From assembly GCA_003344405.1 (NCBI GenBank), contig NOWV01000225.1, positions 62,001 to 109,996 on the forward strand: a stretch of 47,996 nt of DNA, written 5' to 3'. Below are positions 24,015 through 35,531 of the stretch, piece by piece (position 1 is the first letter of the stretch; every line of letters starts with the position of its first letter). Both the position numbers and the translations under genes were made by a program. The notes under the pieces were generated by a model that worked only from the letters and a program-made list of their open reading frames with translations, was not told the DNA's origin and did no database searches. Source of the stretch: Trichoplax sp. H2. Its lineage: Eukaryota.

Positions 24015-27000
24015 ATGGCGCCACAAACCGTCGAACCCTCGCTGCAATTCCATCAACGTTTATTAACGATCGGTCTAATAACCGGTGTCTTAGGAGTCAA
24101 TCAAGGGCGTCTAGCAGTCGAGAATTCATTGGCAGCAATTTTAGAGGACAAAAACCTAGAGCTAGATCAAATAAGTATTGGCAAATTATTAGCTTGGGGT
24201 AAGTCAATGAGCAAATAAAATTCACTGATTGACTGACTGTTCAATTTGGACCCAGTACTTTTTCTCATCTTCTTCTACTTGCATTACGCTTGCTTTTACT
24301 GAAGATGAAATTTCTATTTCCAACTGATTGAATCTACAACAGGATAGAGTACAATGGCAGCACAGTAGGTTTCATGCTACTCTGTCTGTCAAATTGAATG
24401 ACTTGATGACTACATTAGCGTAGTAACGAAAGAGTGGAACCCTGCAATATACTCGTAGTCTACTTATTGTACTCAGCAGTAATGACTTGACATATTACAC
24501 TCCGGATTCGTTCACTCTTTCACTGTATCAAAGTAATCAGCAAATATCCTGGAAATCAAGAATAATCCATGAATGATATGAATGTGTAATTTATTGAAAG
24601 AATTGCCTGTTTGGCCATTTCTCAAACTGTAGTCTAGGGATATCATACACTTAAGTGAAGCTAACTCGGTCAGTAGACTCTACTATCAATAGTCTTACTA
24701 CTCATATCAGTTGGCAAATATTTGCCAATCTTCTATTTTTCTTGGAGGTTTGCTTAAAATGTCGCGGCATGCTTGCAAATGGAAAGATCAATTGATCGAC
24801 AAATCACAATTATCATCCATTGCAGCCTTGAAGCTTGAACACTTATCCTTTTATCTTGCCCCCATTACTTAATTATTAGATCTATTGAGCAGTTAATAGA
24901 CGAAGTTCATACTGTACATACAGTAGTTACCAATGCCTGGAAGGTCAGAGTTATTTATAAACCTGCGGGTTTCCAAGCATTGGTGTTGTTACAGCGCTGA
25001 AACTTGAACAGCTTTCCTATGACGGTCGGATTGCTTATAATTTATTACATCTATTCAGCAGTTGATACGAATTTATTTCACTTTTATTATTAGTATCAAG
25101 TCGTAGGAATTCATTTATGATCTCTGTACTTCTTTTATATGTGCAATTATAATTTCCGTTGAGGATGTTAAATGAGATTACAAGTTCGCATAGTAGTTAA
25201 TGGCCCAGAGGGTAATACAAGTTGACAGTTTATATAGAAATGCTGTTAGAGGCGATTATCACCATACTGTAGCTGTTGTATAATACAGTACTGTACAGTA
25301 CGTTTGAAATTGAGTCAACTAATAACTATCAATAACGAAACTGCAACCATGACAGCATTTCTTATTGTTAGTAGTAATCCACCAACATCTAAAATCGAAA
25401 TCGATCATAAACAGCCTAAGCATTTTCTACTTGTACGTTAATACAGATGCGGGTTCGCTAAAATTTCCACGTTGCTGAAGTACAGTAGGATACCTTGATC
25501 TTGGAGCGTTCTTGCGGCAATTTTAACGAGTTCAAATGAGACCTGGGCAATTAATGCCGTACTGTTAACTGCTTTACATTAACCTATACAATAAATACTA
25601 AATACGTAATGATTAGGATTAACGATATACGATTTCAATATGCGTAATTGGAATACGAATAAGGGTAGTCATGTTTACTGTACAACTTGCTGATCTAAAA
25701 AAAACACTAGCGCTTGAAGAAATCCTAGCATAACCCAATACAATTCTCCTGTGGATGCATGGATATACCGGCAGGTATGTATGCAGCAGCATCTACCTAT
25801 CCGAAAAGCGTCCATCAATGCTTTATATATTTTACAATACCCTTTACAATGACTGTATCTAGAATTCATCTATAATACTAAAATACACTTATGTTATGGC
25901 ATTATACTCGTATGGGGTACGATTAATACTTGTGGTAAAACTATCTTCCTGTTCCACTTTCACTAAGTACTTTACAGCTGCGAACATTACCTTTTTTGCG
26001 TGTACAACAGAAAGAACAACCAATGAAATTTGTAGACTGTAGTGGTGAGGTTACATAGTCTTACATTAATTATTTCATACGCTATACGAGTATAGGCCAT
26101 GTTGTAACTACTATACTCTACAATGCTAGAATACGGGTTAGTTATTACTAGATTGTATTCTTTAATTGTGTAATATCTATTCTTTTTCTATTGGAAATTA
26201 TAATCGCCTAGTGAAGTAAGGAAGGTACCAATGAATGAGATTGCATAATTATACTGTAACTATATATAGTTTACTCGAATATACGTTTCGAGGGGTTTTT
26301 ATTCTATTAATGACAATTAGACACTACAGTATACATTATTTATCAGATATTATATTCGCCTGTGCAGTAAGGAAGGTAGCAATGAATGAGATTGCGTAAT
26401 CATACAGTAGCTATAACTCACTCGAATATACAATTTTGGGCGTTTTTATTTCATTAATAACAATTAGACACTACGGTATACATCAAGATAGTGCTTATAT
26501 TTATCATTCCATTCCATTTGATAGATACTAATGCCAATGGAATATGCTTACGAGTATATATTAATGGAATAATTGATATTGTACAGAATAGACCTTTAAA
26601 TGCGGTAGACTATGTGTATAATTACACTTACTTTATAAGTACAGTAGTCAATGCTGTATGATACAGAATTCGCATTAAATCATGTAATCATGGCACCCAA
26701 CTAAGTGTGTTACTTCAATGATACCGTACTATACCTACTATGTAAAAATGTAAAATAAATCAGTAACATCAACTAATTACGAAATACCATGGTCAATCTT
26801 ACTGATTTATGAATTACTCTGTAAAATTTCATTAACTAAAAACTAGTATGAAATCAGTACCCTTATAATTTTGAGTGCATTAATGTAGGTGAGCTACAAC
26901 TCATTTGTAAATCAAACTAAATTCATACTGATCTGATACATCATCCTCTTAAAAATATTTTTGTTAGTATATTTAGGACTACTAGTTAGTATAATAAGAA

Positions 27001-29153
27001 AAAAAATACAACCTCTTAAGATGTGACTGTTCCGATATGTTGATAAAGCAGTGCATTATCCTAATGTTATATCCAATTTATATACGGCATGATCGCAAGA
27101 TTAAGCATCTTATGAAATCGCAATATGGAACGAATTATATTACTTATACGAGTATTTATACAAAAATCATTATAAACACTTCGATTTAAACCATCCGTAC
27201 GTAGTCTATGGCAGTATAACAAAGTTATGGGTTTACTGTAGTATACCTGCTTGAGCGACATTAAGCTATTAAATTACTACCGTATATTTTTACTTTTACG
27301 CTTAATATACTATTATTTAATTAAGTTTTGATCTCTGATTTAATATAGGAGCATTCTTAACCTTAATAATTTACTTTTCATTGTGTAGGAAATTTTTTTT
27401 ATTTCCTTGGTAAAACTCTTTCTGGCATTGCAACAGATAAACTTGGCGGAAGGGCTATATTTGTTTCATCAATATTATTTTCTGGCATATTTTGTATTTT
27501 CCTTAGCGCAGCAAATACGTTTACCTTATTAACATTTTGTTGGTGTATCTGTAAATTATTTGTATCGTCCAACTGGCCGTCAATGACCAAAGTAACCAGT
27601 TTGTGGTTTTCTTCTAAATTCTATGGCGAAATTACTGGAATAATTTCGACGAGTTCCCGCATTGGTCATTTGCTAAGTTGCTTTGTTACAGCTGAATTAC
27701 TTAGAAATGGTTTTTACTGGAGAACGATCATCATGTTAATTGCTTTACTACAGCTATTAACTGGAGTATTTAATTATTTTGCCATCAAAGAATCACCAAT
27801 GAGCGTTGGATTGCCGAATTTAAATGAAGTAGGTGGAATCTAGTATCGAAACTTATATATGATTCATTGTCTATCACTTCAAACAGATATATCACTTTAA
27901 ATGTGCATAAATTTAAATTGATCGCTCTAGCTATTTTTAATAGCTCCTTCTAAACGCATGCACTATTTTATGTACATGATGTAATTGAGAGATAGAGAAA
28001 AAGTATCTGGCATGTATTTAAATAATTATATTTTGATCTCATTATTCTAATCAGATAGAATTAAAGGAATCAGCATGTTTGCCAAGAGAAAATCCTCTCG
28101 ATAAATTGAACTGGTCATCGGCGGTAATGCATATGCTTCGGGATAGGTAATACTATTAATACATTAACCTATTATAGCGTTACTTAAGGAATGCCATTCC
28201 TTGCACGATTATGGCTTCAAGTGTATTAAATTATATTTCATTATGCATTTTTCAATAGCTATCGATACTTAACGGTGCTTATATTTTATTTATCAGATGT
28301 AAATTTCTGAGCTGTTCTTATTATGTCACTTGATTAACTAGGACCGTATGGTTAATGCTCCTTTTTGTCGGCGGCACTACTGTTCTTATGGAAGTGCAAA
28401 GTTTTCTACCCTTATTTCTACGTCAATACTTAAAATTGGATATGGGTAGCGCTGTGTATGCTTCATGTTCCTTTCAAATTGGTAGCATTGGCGGAGTTAT
28501 TTTTGGTGGTTATTTGTACGATAAATTGGCAGCGAAGAAATTAACTATGTTTTTAAACTTGTGCATGATTGTATGCACTGGATGTTACATTTTCTATTGG
28601 AGTAAGAAAAATTACATTAGTGTTCTTATTTATTATCTCTTTGATAAAATCTTTATAGAGATCAATTATACAACGTTATACGTTGGTAATATAATTAAAT
28701 TTTTGTCTTTCTGTCTTGCATTTATCAAGGAATGTTACCAGTTATGAGTAAAGTTGACGTATTCTATACCCTATTTGTTATTGGATTTTTTCTTTCAATA
28801 CCATATTATCTACCAGCAAGTGTCTTCTCTATGGTTTATGGTGGACAAAGGTTTGATGCTAATTATTACATTTAACTCAAACTACTCAGAAATTCGACAA
28901 TATTTCGTATAATGAAATGAAAGCTGTTAACTGATGATATCTAATTTTGTCTAGATTTAGTGGAACCCTTGCAGCTTTACTAGAAAGTCTTGGATTTTTA
29001 TTAACAATGACATTTGATTATTATGCTGCTGTCGTTGTGAAAGAACACGGTTGGTCAACTTTCTTTGGCATTTTAGCAGTTGCCTCCATGGGAACTACGG
29101 CAATTTTCTTTTTAGTATCTTCGCATCCTACCTTAATCACAAGGAGGCATTAA
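24015..29153 (+). CDS. MFS transporter, GlpT/UhpC/SLC37-like (paralog B), 6 exons, 431 aa
   Basis: Exons 24015-24198, 27389-27828, 28055-28146, 28342-28601, 28730-28850, 28955-29153; collinear with paralog A ('IG.LLAWGNFFYFLGK', 'F.SSNWPS..K....WFS...YGE', 'ME.QSFLPLFL', 'SSHP'). Confidence 0.9.
26204..26483. repeat. ~130-bp diverged direct repeat in intron 1 of MFS paralog B
   Basis: 26204-26336 and 26357-26483 share 'tcgcct...agtaaggaaggta.caatgaatgagattgc...actcgaatatac...caattagacactac.gtatacat'. Confidence 0.88.
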
Positions 29154-30061
29154 AGTAGTAGAAATGAGCAAGTTAAAAGTGCGGTCTATCAGTAAATTTG
29201 ATATATACCCGTGAATGCTTTACTACGATCATTTCATGATTGAACGGAGTACAATTAACGAATGCTGCGTGATTTTTATCCGTGCTGAAAAATATATTTA
29301 TTGGTTATATTTTTGACGAGCTGACTTAGTGCAATCCTATTCTATAGAATCGTACGCTTACATTTACATATTATTACAATGAATACATTGTACTAGAAGT
29401 CAGTTAATCAATGATACGGTGTACTACCTTGAGAATATTTTTCAAAGGATAATTTTATTTTGCAATTCGATTCAAATTTTATAATGAATCGATAATTTTA
29501 TTGCACAAATCTGGAATAATATACAATATCTATATCAGAATTATTTAATTATATACATTGTAAACGTGTGTTTATTGCTTTGTCACCTGTTATAATACGT
29601 TGGTGGAACTAAATTATGTAGATATGCGAGTATACATGCAAATTTTCCGATAAAAGTGTGTTTATACAATACCATACTAGTATAAAAGAGGTATTATACT
29701 AGTCTCTTGGATGATTATTAACAATTATACATGTATAATGAACGTGAAAACAAATCTTATTAAACGACACAGTTTGAATTGTAATGTGTGGTTTCTTTCT
29801 GGAAGAGAATCAAATATTATATTAGGAAGCGAGCTAAATCGAACATTTGCTGAATTTACTAAATACGAAAATATTTTTGTAAGATACAGATAAGAAACCA
29901 GTCTTGCACCGATCGGCCCAATCATCCATCTCTTTCACTATTATTTAGTATCAGTAGTATACGGCAATAAATATTTTATGTGACGTGACAGTTTTACTGA
30001 ACAAGAATCCTACCCATTTATGGGTATATTACATAAAAGAAAAATGGCAAAGAGATACAAG

Positions 30062-31810
30062 TTATTCTGCAAACATATCGATCGGTTCAGCTTTAGCATA
30101 TCTTTGTGCAGTAATTTTAAGAATTTTATGATCCCTGATTTGCTTATTAGTATCAGGGATATCATCCATGGAACTACTTACGCCACTAGTTCCTAATCCA
30201 GCGTTTGTTAACCGCATCTGTACTTCAACTGGTTGAGATATTCCAGTATTATTACGTCCGAGACCTTGTCCGGCACTCCAGCCCATTTTTTCTAGTAATT
30301 TATGTCCTTTATTGGATTTTTCAATTGGCTTTTTTACAGATGAAGAGGTCTGCAAAGCATGTGGGAAATCGCTACCAATATGAACTCGTCTTTCTTCCGC
30401 TCTATCCTTGTATTTTTCATGTGTGGAGACGGCCGACTCAGACGTATCATCACGGCCCAGTCCATATTTCCTTTTTAACTGCTTTAAACTATGACGGCGT
30501 TGATCTTCAAGCTTATCAGAGTCTGTACAAATAGGAGCGGTTTCAGTTTTTGATGTAATGTGATCAGTCACTGGAATTCTTGACAGTATCTGGCCTGGTT
30601 CACAATCGTCACAAGTATCATAACCTGGGTGAATATGCAACAAAAAGCTAGTAGAACCAATTTTAATATAGTCGCCGTGTTGTAGATAAAAGGTAGAGCC
30701 ATCATTAGCAATTTTGACATCATTTAAGTACGTTCCATTTTTACTGCCCAAATCACATATGTGATATTTACTTTCTTGTAGATCGTAACCAATTTGGGCG
30801 TGTTTCTTGCTTATAGCTAACTCAGGAATCTGAATAGTTTTCTCTGTTGCGTTCTCTCGACCGATAATTATACCTTCAATTGTAATAATATATAAACTAC
30901 CATATTTCAAGCGATTTGACTGCATCACGATACATCGAATACAAGAATGACCATCTGAAAGGTGCTGGATATCTTCCTCATCGTTTGATTTGTATTCACC
31001 TTCTTCAATTTCATTCTCCTCCGCTAAGTTATAAGAATTGGCAATGTCCTTGGACGTAGCTACGTCAGTGTCGTCACTATAACAGTAGAATATATATACT
31101 TCTTTCTTTTGATCGTAATAGTAGTAAGCTTTTGTTTCCTTTTGATAATATAAATGTGTGTTAGGATCATAGTAGTAGCCAGTACTCCAATCATAGTACC
31201 AACCTGATTTCTCATCGTAAACCAGGCCTTTATTGTTAAGGTATTCTTCAGCAGCTGATTGAAGTGTAGCTGCAATATTATCATTGGCTTTCTTGTCACT
31301 GTCATCCACTTTGGGCCTGTCTTTACATTCTAAATGTTGTAGTTGTTGTTCATCATTTCTTTGCGGTGATTCAGCATTAATATGCTGGTCATCCTTAATA
31401 TTATCATCATTACTATCTATTGTCTTTCGTTGTAATAACTGTTCTTTTAGCCTGTTATTGTCTTGACGTAAGGAGTGTACATAATTTTCGGCATTGGTCT
31501 TTTGTAATTTGCATAACTCCAATTCCTTCTTTACGCTATGCAAGTCTTTTAAAGTATTACCAAGCTCAGTTTTAACGTTCTCCAATTGTAGAAGCAACTG
31601 TTTATTATCTTTCAATATTTCTTGTCCATTTTCGCTTTCCTGAGTATTACCAAGCTCAGTTTTAACGTTTTCCAATTCTAGTAGCTGTTGTTTATTATCT
31701 TTCAGTATTTCTTGTGCATTTTCGCTTTCCTGTTGGATGATATTCTCGTCTGCTTCATCACTCATTCCTTTGTCAATACCATTATTGTCATTATTCATTT
31801 CACTAGCCAT
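30062..31810 (-). CDS. AGGF1: Angiogenic factor with G-patch and FHA domains 1 homolog (582 aa, intronless CDS)
   Basis: Domain order: coiled coil, OCRE (YDEKSGWYYDWSTGYYYDPNTHLYY), FHA (IIGR...ISKKHA...DLGSKNGTYLN), YKDRAEERR, G-patch (NKGHKLLEKMGWSAGQGLG...GI..P....R...AGLG). Confidence 0.95.
   Translation of the reverse strand: MASEMNNDNNGIDKGMSDEADENIIQQESENAQEILKDNKQQLLELENVKTELGNTQESENGQEILKDNKQLLLQLENVKTELGNTLKDLHSVKKELELCKLQKTNAENYVHSLRQDNNRLKEQLLQRKTIDSNDDNIKDDQHINAESPQRNDEQQLQHLECKDRPKVDDSDKKANDNIAATLQSAAEEYLNNKGLVYDEKSGWYYDWSTGYYYDPNTHLYYQKETKAYYYYDQKKEVYIFYCYSDDTDVATSKDIANSYNLAEENEIEEGEYKSNDEEDIQHLSDGHSCIRCIVMQSNRLKYGSLYIITIEGIIIGRENATEKTIQIPELAISKKHAQIGYDLQESKYHICDLGSKNGTYLNDVKIANDGSTFYLQHGDYIKIGSTSFLLHIHPGYDTCDDCEPGQILSRIPVTDHITSKTETAPICTDSDKLEDQRRHSLKQLKRKYGLGRDDTSESAVSTHEKYKDRAEERRVHIGSDFPHALQTSSSVKKPIEKSNKGHKLLEKMGWSAGQGLGRNNTGISQPVEVQMRLTNAGLGTSGVSSSMDDIPDTNKQIRDHKILKITAQRYAKAEPIDMFAE
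31553..31732 (-). repeat. 90-bp in-frame tandem duplication in the AGGF1 coiled coil
   Basis: 31553-31642 and 31643-31732 encode QESENGQEILKDNKQLLLQLENVKTELGNT and QESENAQEILKDNKQQLLELENVKTELGNT. Confidence 0.95.
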
Positions 31811-31829
31811 CCCTTGTTCTACACATATG

Positions 31830-31845
31830 TATATATATATATATA
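31830..31845. repeat. (TA)n microsatellite just upstream of the AGGF1 ATG
   Basis: tatatatatatatata. Confidence 0.7.
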
Positions 31846-33137
31846 CACTTCACCTTAATACGATTTTTATGTACTCATACGTTACCCAATTTGGCTATAT
31901 CGCCATTTTTAGAAACACGAGTAATCTTTTCAAAATAAGGCTGATTCTTATCTAGAATTGAGCACTTTATGCATAAAGTGCTTCAATTATTGTACAGTAT
32001 TACTTAATAAAATTGTTGTAATGAATAATAATAATAAATACAACATATGCAGTGTGCGATGTTCTCTAGAAATGTTTCCTTTAAAGAATGATGTTCATTT
32101 TGTTTGACCTACCAGTACGAGTAATTTCAACATATCGTGCTTTTCCATGTATCAAGCATAAAGAAAGCTATTGATTTACGTATAAGGCAATCTAATTGTA
32201 TGTACATCGATTATGTAATTAGCCAACAACGATCGATCGGTGTCGGAGCGCTTGGGCAAATTGATGTGATCAAGTTTTAATACAGTAAAATGAGCTCACC
32301 AGTTTAGATCGAGTAATCGCGTCACTATTCGAGATTATCTTTCTAGTTACTATAATCCAGCTCAATTAAGCTTTCAATACACTTAGCCAAAAGATCTTTG
32401 ACTTTTACTCCAATTATAAACCACAGAACGTTATGTTTAGACTGTCTATTCCCCACATAGCAAAGATTGATTTTAAAATTAGTTGGATCGATTTGTTATG
32501 TATTTGCAAACAGCTCGGCCTAGCATTCGAAATTTTAGAACAGTAATAAGTTGATTGCAAGCGCCTACGAATGATAGCAACATTTAATACCAATGGATAT
32601 CGTACATCAATCATTGGCGATACGATAGAGGATGTCTTGAATGTGAGAGTAGAGTAATACCAATCGAATTTTACTGTTTAGAGGAGAATTTTCACAATAT
32701 TTCACCAATCTCCTTTTCCAAGCAGCTTGAAAGAGTTGGAAACCTTGGAGACTATCGGTATCTGCGGACAACCTGGCTGATCCTACTATTGGCCATATAG
32801 TACGCAAGAGGGCCGAAAGACTGGAGGGTTACACTGAACGAACGAGAGATGTTTGTCAATAGTATGAGTGGCGTCGTGTATAGGTACTGCTAGTGACGCT
32901 ATTTTTGCTAGTAGTTTACCATGGCATTGGTATTGTGTACAATACTGTACTACACTAAGTAGAGTACCCTACCGTATTATAATTAATGTGCAGTATATAT
33001 TAAATACCATTACTCAGGGCTCGATAGTGCTACTGATAAGTTACTTAATGTGTATTAACGATCACGAGCAAAAGCAATGTCATCCTTCGGCGACGTAGCA
33101 AGTGGGTCGTGAAGCTTTGTCTAATAAACTATTCTAC

Positions 33138-33177
33138 GGTACAGTATACTGTACACTGTACACTGTACACTGTACAC
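33138..33177. repeat. (TACACTG)n minisatellite / TACAG cluster
   Basis: 'tatactgtacactgtacactgtacactgtacac' between the divergent AGGF1 and TMEM223 genes. Confidence 0.8.
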
Positions 33178-33945
33178 CATTACTAATGGATTCCTTGAAA
33201 GAGCAAACTTTTCTTCCTTACTTCCCTTACTATGATGACTAACATTATAAAGAACACCATCCATTTCTAGGGATGATTCTCTAATACCTGCAATAAATCA
33301 ATGCAATGCACATTACATAGGGTGCTCATGGACTGCACAAGTAGGTAAGAGAGAGGAACGAAAAATAGCTGCGCACTGTAAAATCATGCAGAAACCTAAC
33401 ATTTTTCTAGTCATTCTCCTATACGGTACCACTCAAACGGAACATCATACTGTACAAAACCAACCTAGCAGCTATAGTAATTTGGATGGCAATCATTGAC
33501 AGGATAGTGTACTATTAGAGACCTACGGTACACTTGAAATGACCCACAAATGACTCGACTTTTACATTTTTACTATGCCAAAAGAGTTCGTTTCCGCGGT
33601 ACCGGTACCTTACTACAGCTGAGACCTGGCTGTATCCAAGACGACTGCAGCCAGAGCTCTGCTCAGACTGTTCTCTCCATTTCTACATCTTCAGCACGTT
33701 AAATGCAATTTATAATTAGCCCAGAATTTATCGATATACTAGAAAAGCTTGAACGAACAGTAAGTTCAATTGAAATACCTATAGATAGTGTTACAGTGTA
33801 TGTTCAACAGTCACATCGAGATAGTCAGTTGGAGACCTGTAGAAGTGCAAGCATTTGCCTGATTGCCATTAATAGTACGGTTCAAGGAAAAAATTGCAAG
33901 GATTAGTTTCGTGTGTTGGCCCAATTCTATTTTGCATCGTCGAGT

Positions 33946-35531
33946 ATGATTCGATTGGTATCACTTAGGCATAAAATTAAATCGTATTGGATGGTATTGC
34001 AACGATGCAAGAATACCCAATCTGCAAAACGTGACATTGTCATTTATACTAATAAGAAGGAAAGTTTCTTTGCTACCATTTCCGTAGTATCCATATGCCA
34101 GCTGTTTTTCTGGACTTACCTGGGTGAATTTGCTTTCTCCGAGTTAAGAGATCCCTATTCATCAATTAAACCAAATGAGGATAAGAAGAAAGAAGAACTA
34201 GCCCTTGATGATAGCGACAGCATATCAAGGTAGGTAGATTGCATTCAAGGTAACTGTACACCGTATTGATGATATTAAATCCACATGCTGGTGGAGATTA
34301 TTTGTAGCAGAGTAGATTTATTCGATTTTAAATTGTTCGGTACAATCATCATCCAATGTATCTAATTTTTAGCATACTATCTTAGGTTACCCATTCAATA
34401 ATGACAGAATTGTAATAATACTGTATCGATGAATGTTTAGAATTATTTTCTGATTAAATATCATCTACTGTACGTGAATATTCACAAAGTATAAGATGGA
34501 CGTTATACGAGCAGCTTTGATAGAGGTAGTGCGTATGACTTTGCTAAACCACCACTAAGCTCTACAATACACTTAACTTGCAGATCTGAACGAGCTCAAT
34601 TAAGTCGAGCATCTACTCGGGTAAGTACCGTAATGATGACAGAACTACAATTGACTCGCCAACTTATAACATTGAGGTGTTTACCTTTGCAATAATTTTT
34701 CATTAATACAACATAAAAATAGCTCGTAAATACAGCCTATAGGAAACTTTGTCGATTAATAACATATAATTAGTCTAAGAGTAATCAGATACGTTTAGCC
34801 ATGCCAATTAAATCATCCTTTATTTCCTTTCTACATCGTTATAGATGAGAGTTGGACTTGCTACTGTATCTATAGTAGCTGGCTTAAGTTTCTGCGTTAT
34901 AGGATTTTTTTATTGCTATAGGTATGGTTATACTTTGATGTTGAGCAATCATTTTTCTTGTAGTTTGCCTTTCCGCTATTGTTCTTATACGAGTTTTATT
35001 CCAAGTTGAAATTGATACAAAGTTTATTTGATTTATTGGATGATCTCCTTATCGACATAAAGGTGTATAACAAGAGATTAATATTATTATAAATTTACTA
35101 GATCTGTTAAAAGTTTAGCCTTAACACGTGGTGGTATCGATGTTAAAATAACAACCTACGGACCATTTGGAATGCATCGACAACTCACCGTACCTCTCTC
35201 TAATATGTCAGCAATGGCAAAAAGGAATGGTTAGTTAACATAATTACTAACTTAGTATGCAATAACTATAGTTAATATTTTAATACTAAAATCAACAAGC
35301 TTTACATGCAGAATAATACAATAGTTATGATCGAACGCGATTATTAACAAATAACTTTCATCAGCATCAAAATTTATCAATTTAATCTTGCTTTTATTTC
35401 TATTAGAGACTAATTCTCCGATTCCGATACGAATTAGGAATTACAGCTTTTATTTTTTGGTAGATCACCAAGGGAAATTTTTAGAACCTCGTTTGTATGA
35501 CCGTACCATTAGTATTAAGAGAAGATTGTAA
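33946..35531 (+). CDS. TMEM223: Transmembrane protein 223 (mitochondrial inner membrane) homolog
   Basis: Exons 33946-34229, tentative microexons 34311-34339 and 34386-34411, then 34845-34921, 35102-35229, 35407-35531. 'RDIVIY....FF......QLFFW', 'RSVKSLALTRGGIDVKITTYGPFG...TVPL..MSAMAKR' and 'FYFLVDHQGKFLEPRLYDRTI' match TMEM223. Confidence 0.88.

Noticed and set aside
18485..29153. Bacterial horizontal transfer or contamination for the GlpT-like genes
   Set aside because: Both genes have five spliceosomal introns and host-like composition; an ancient transfer cannot be judged without a phylogeny.
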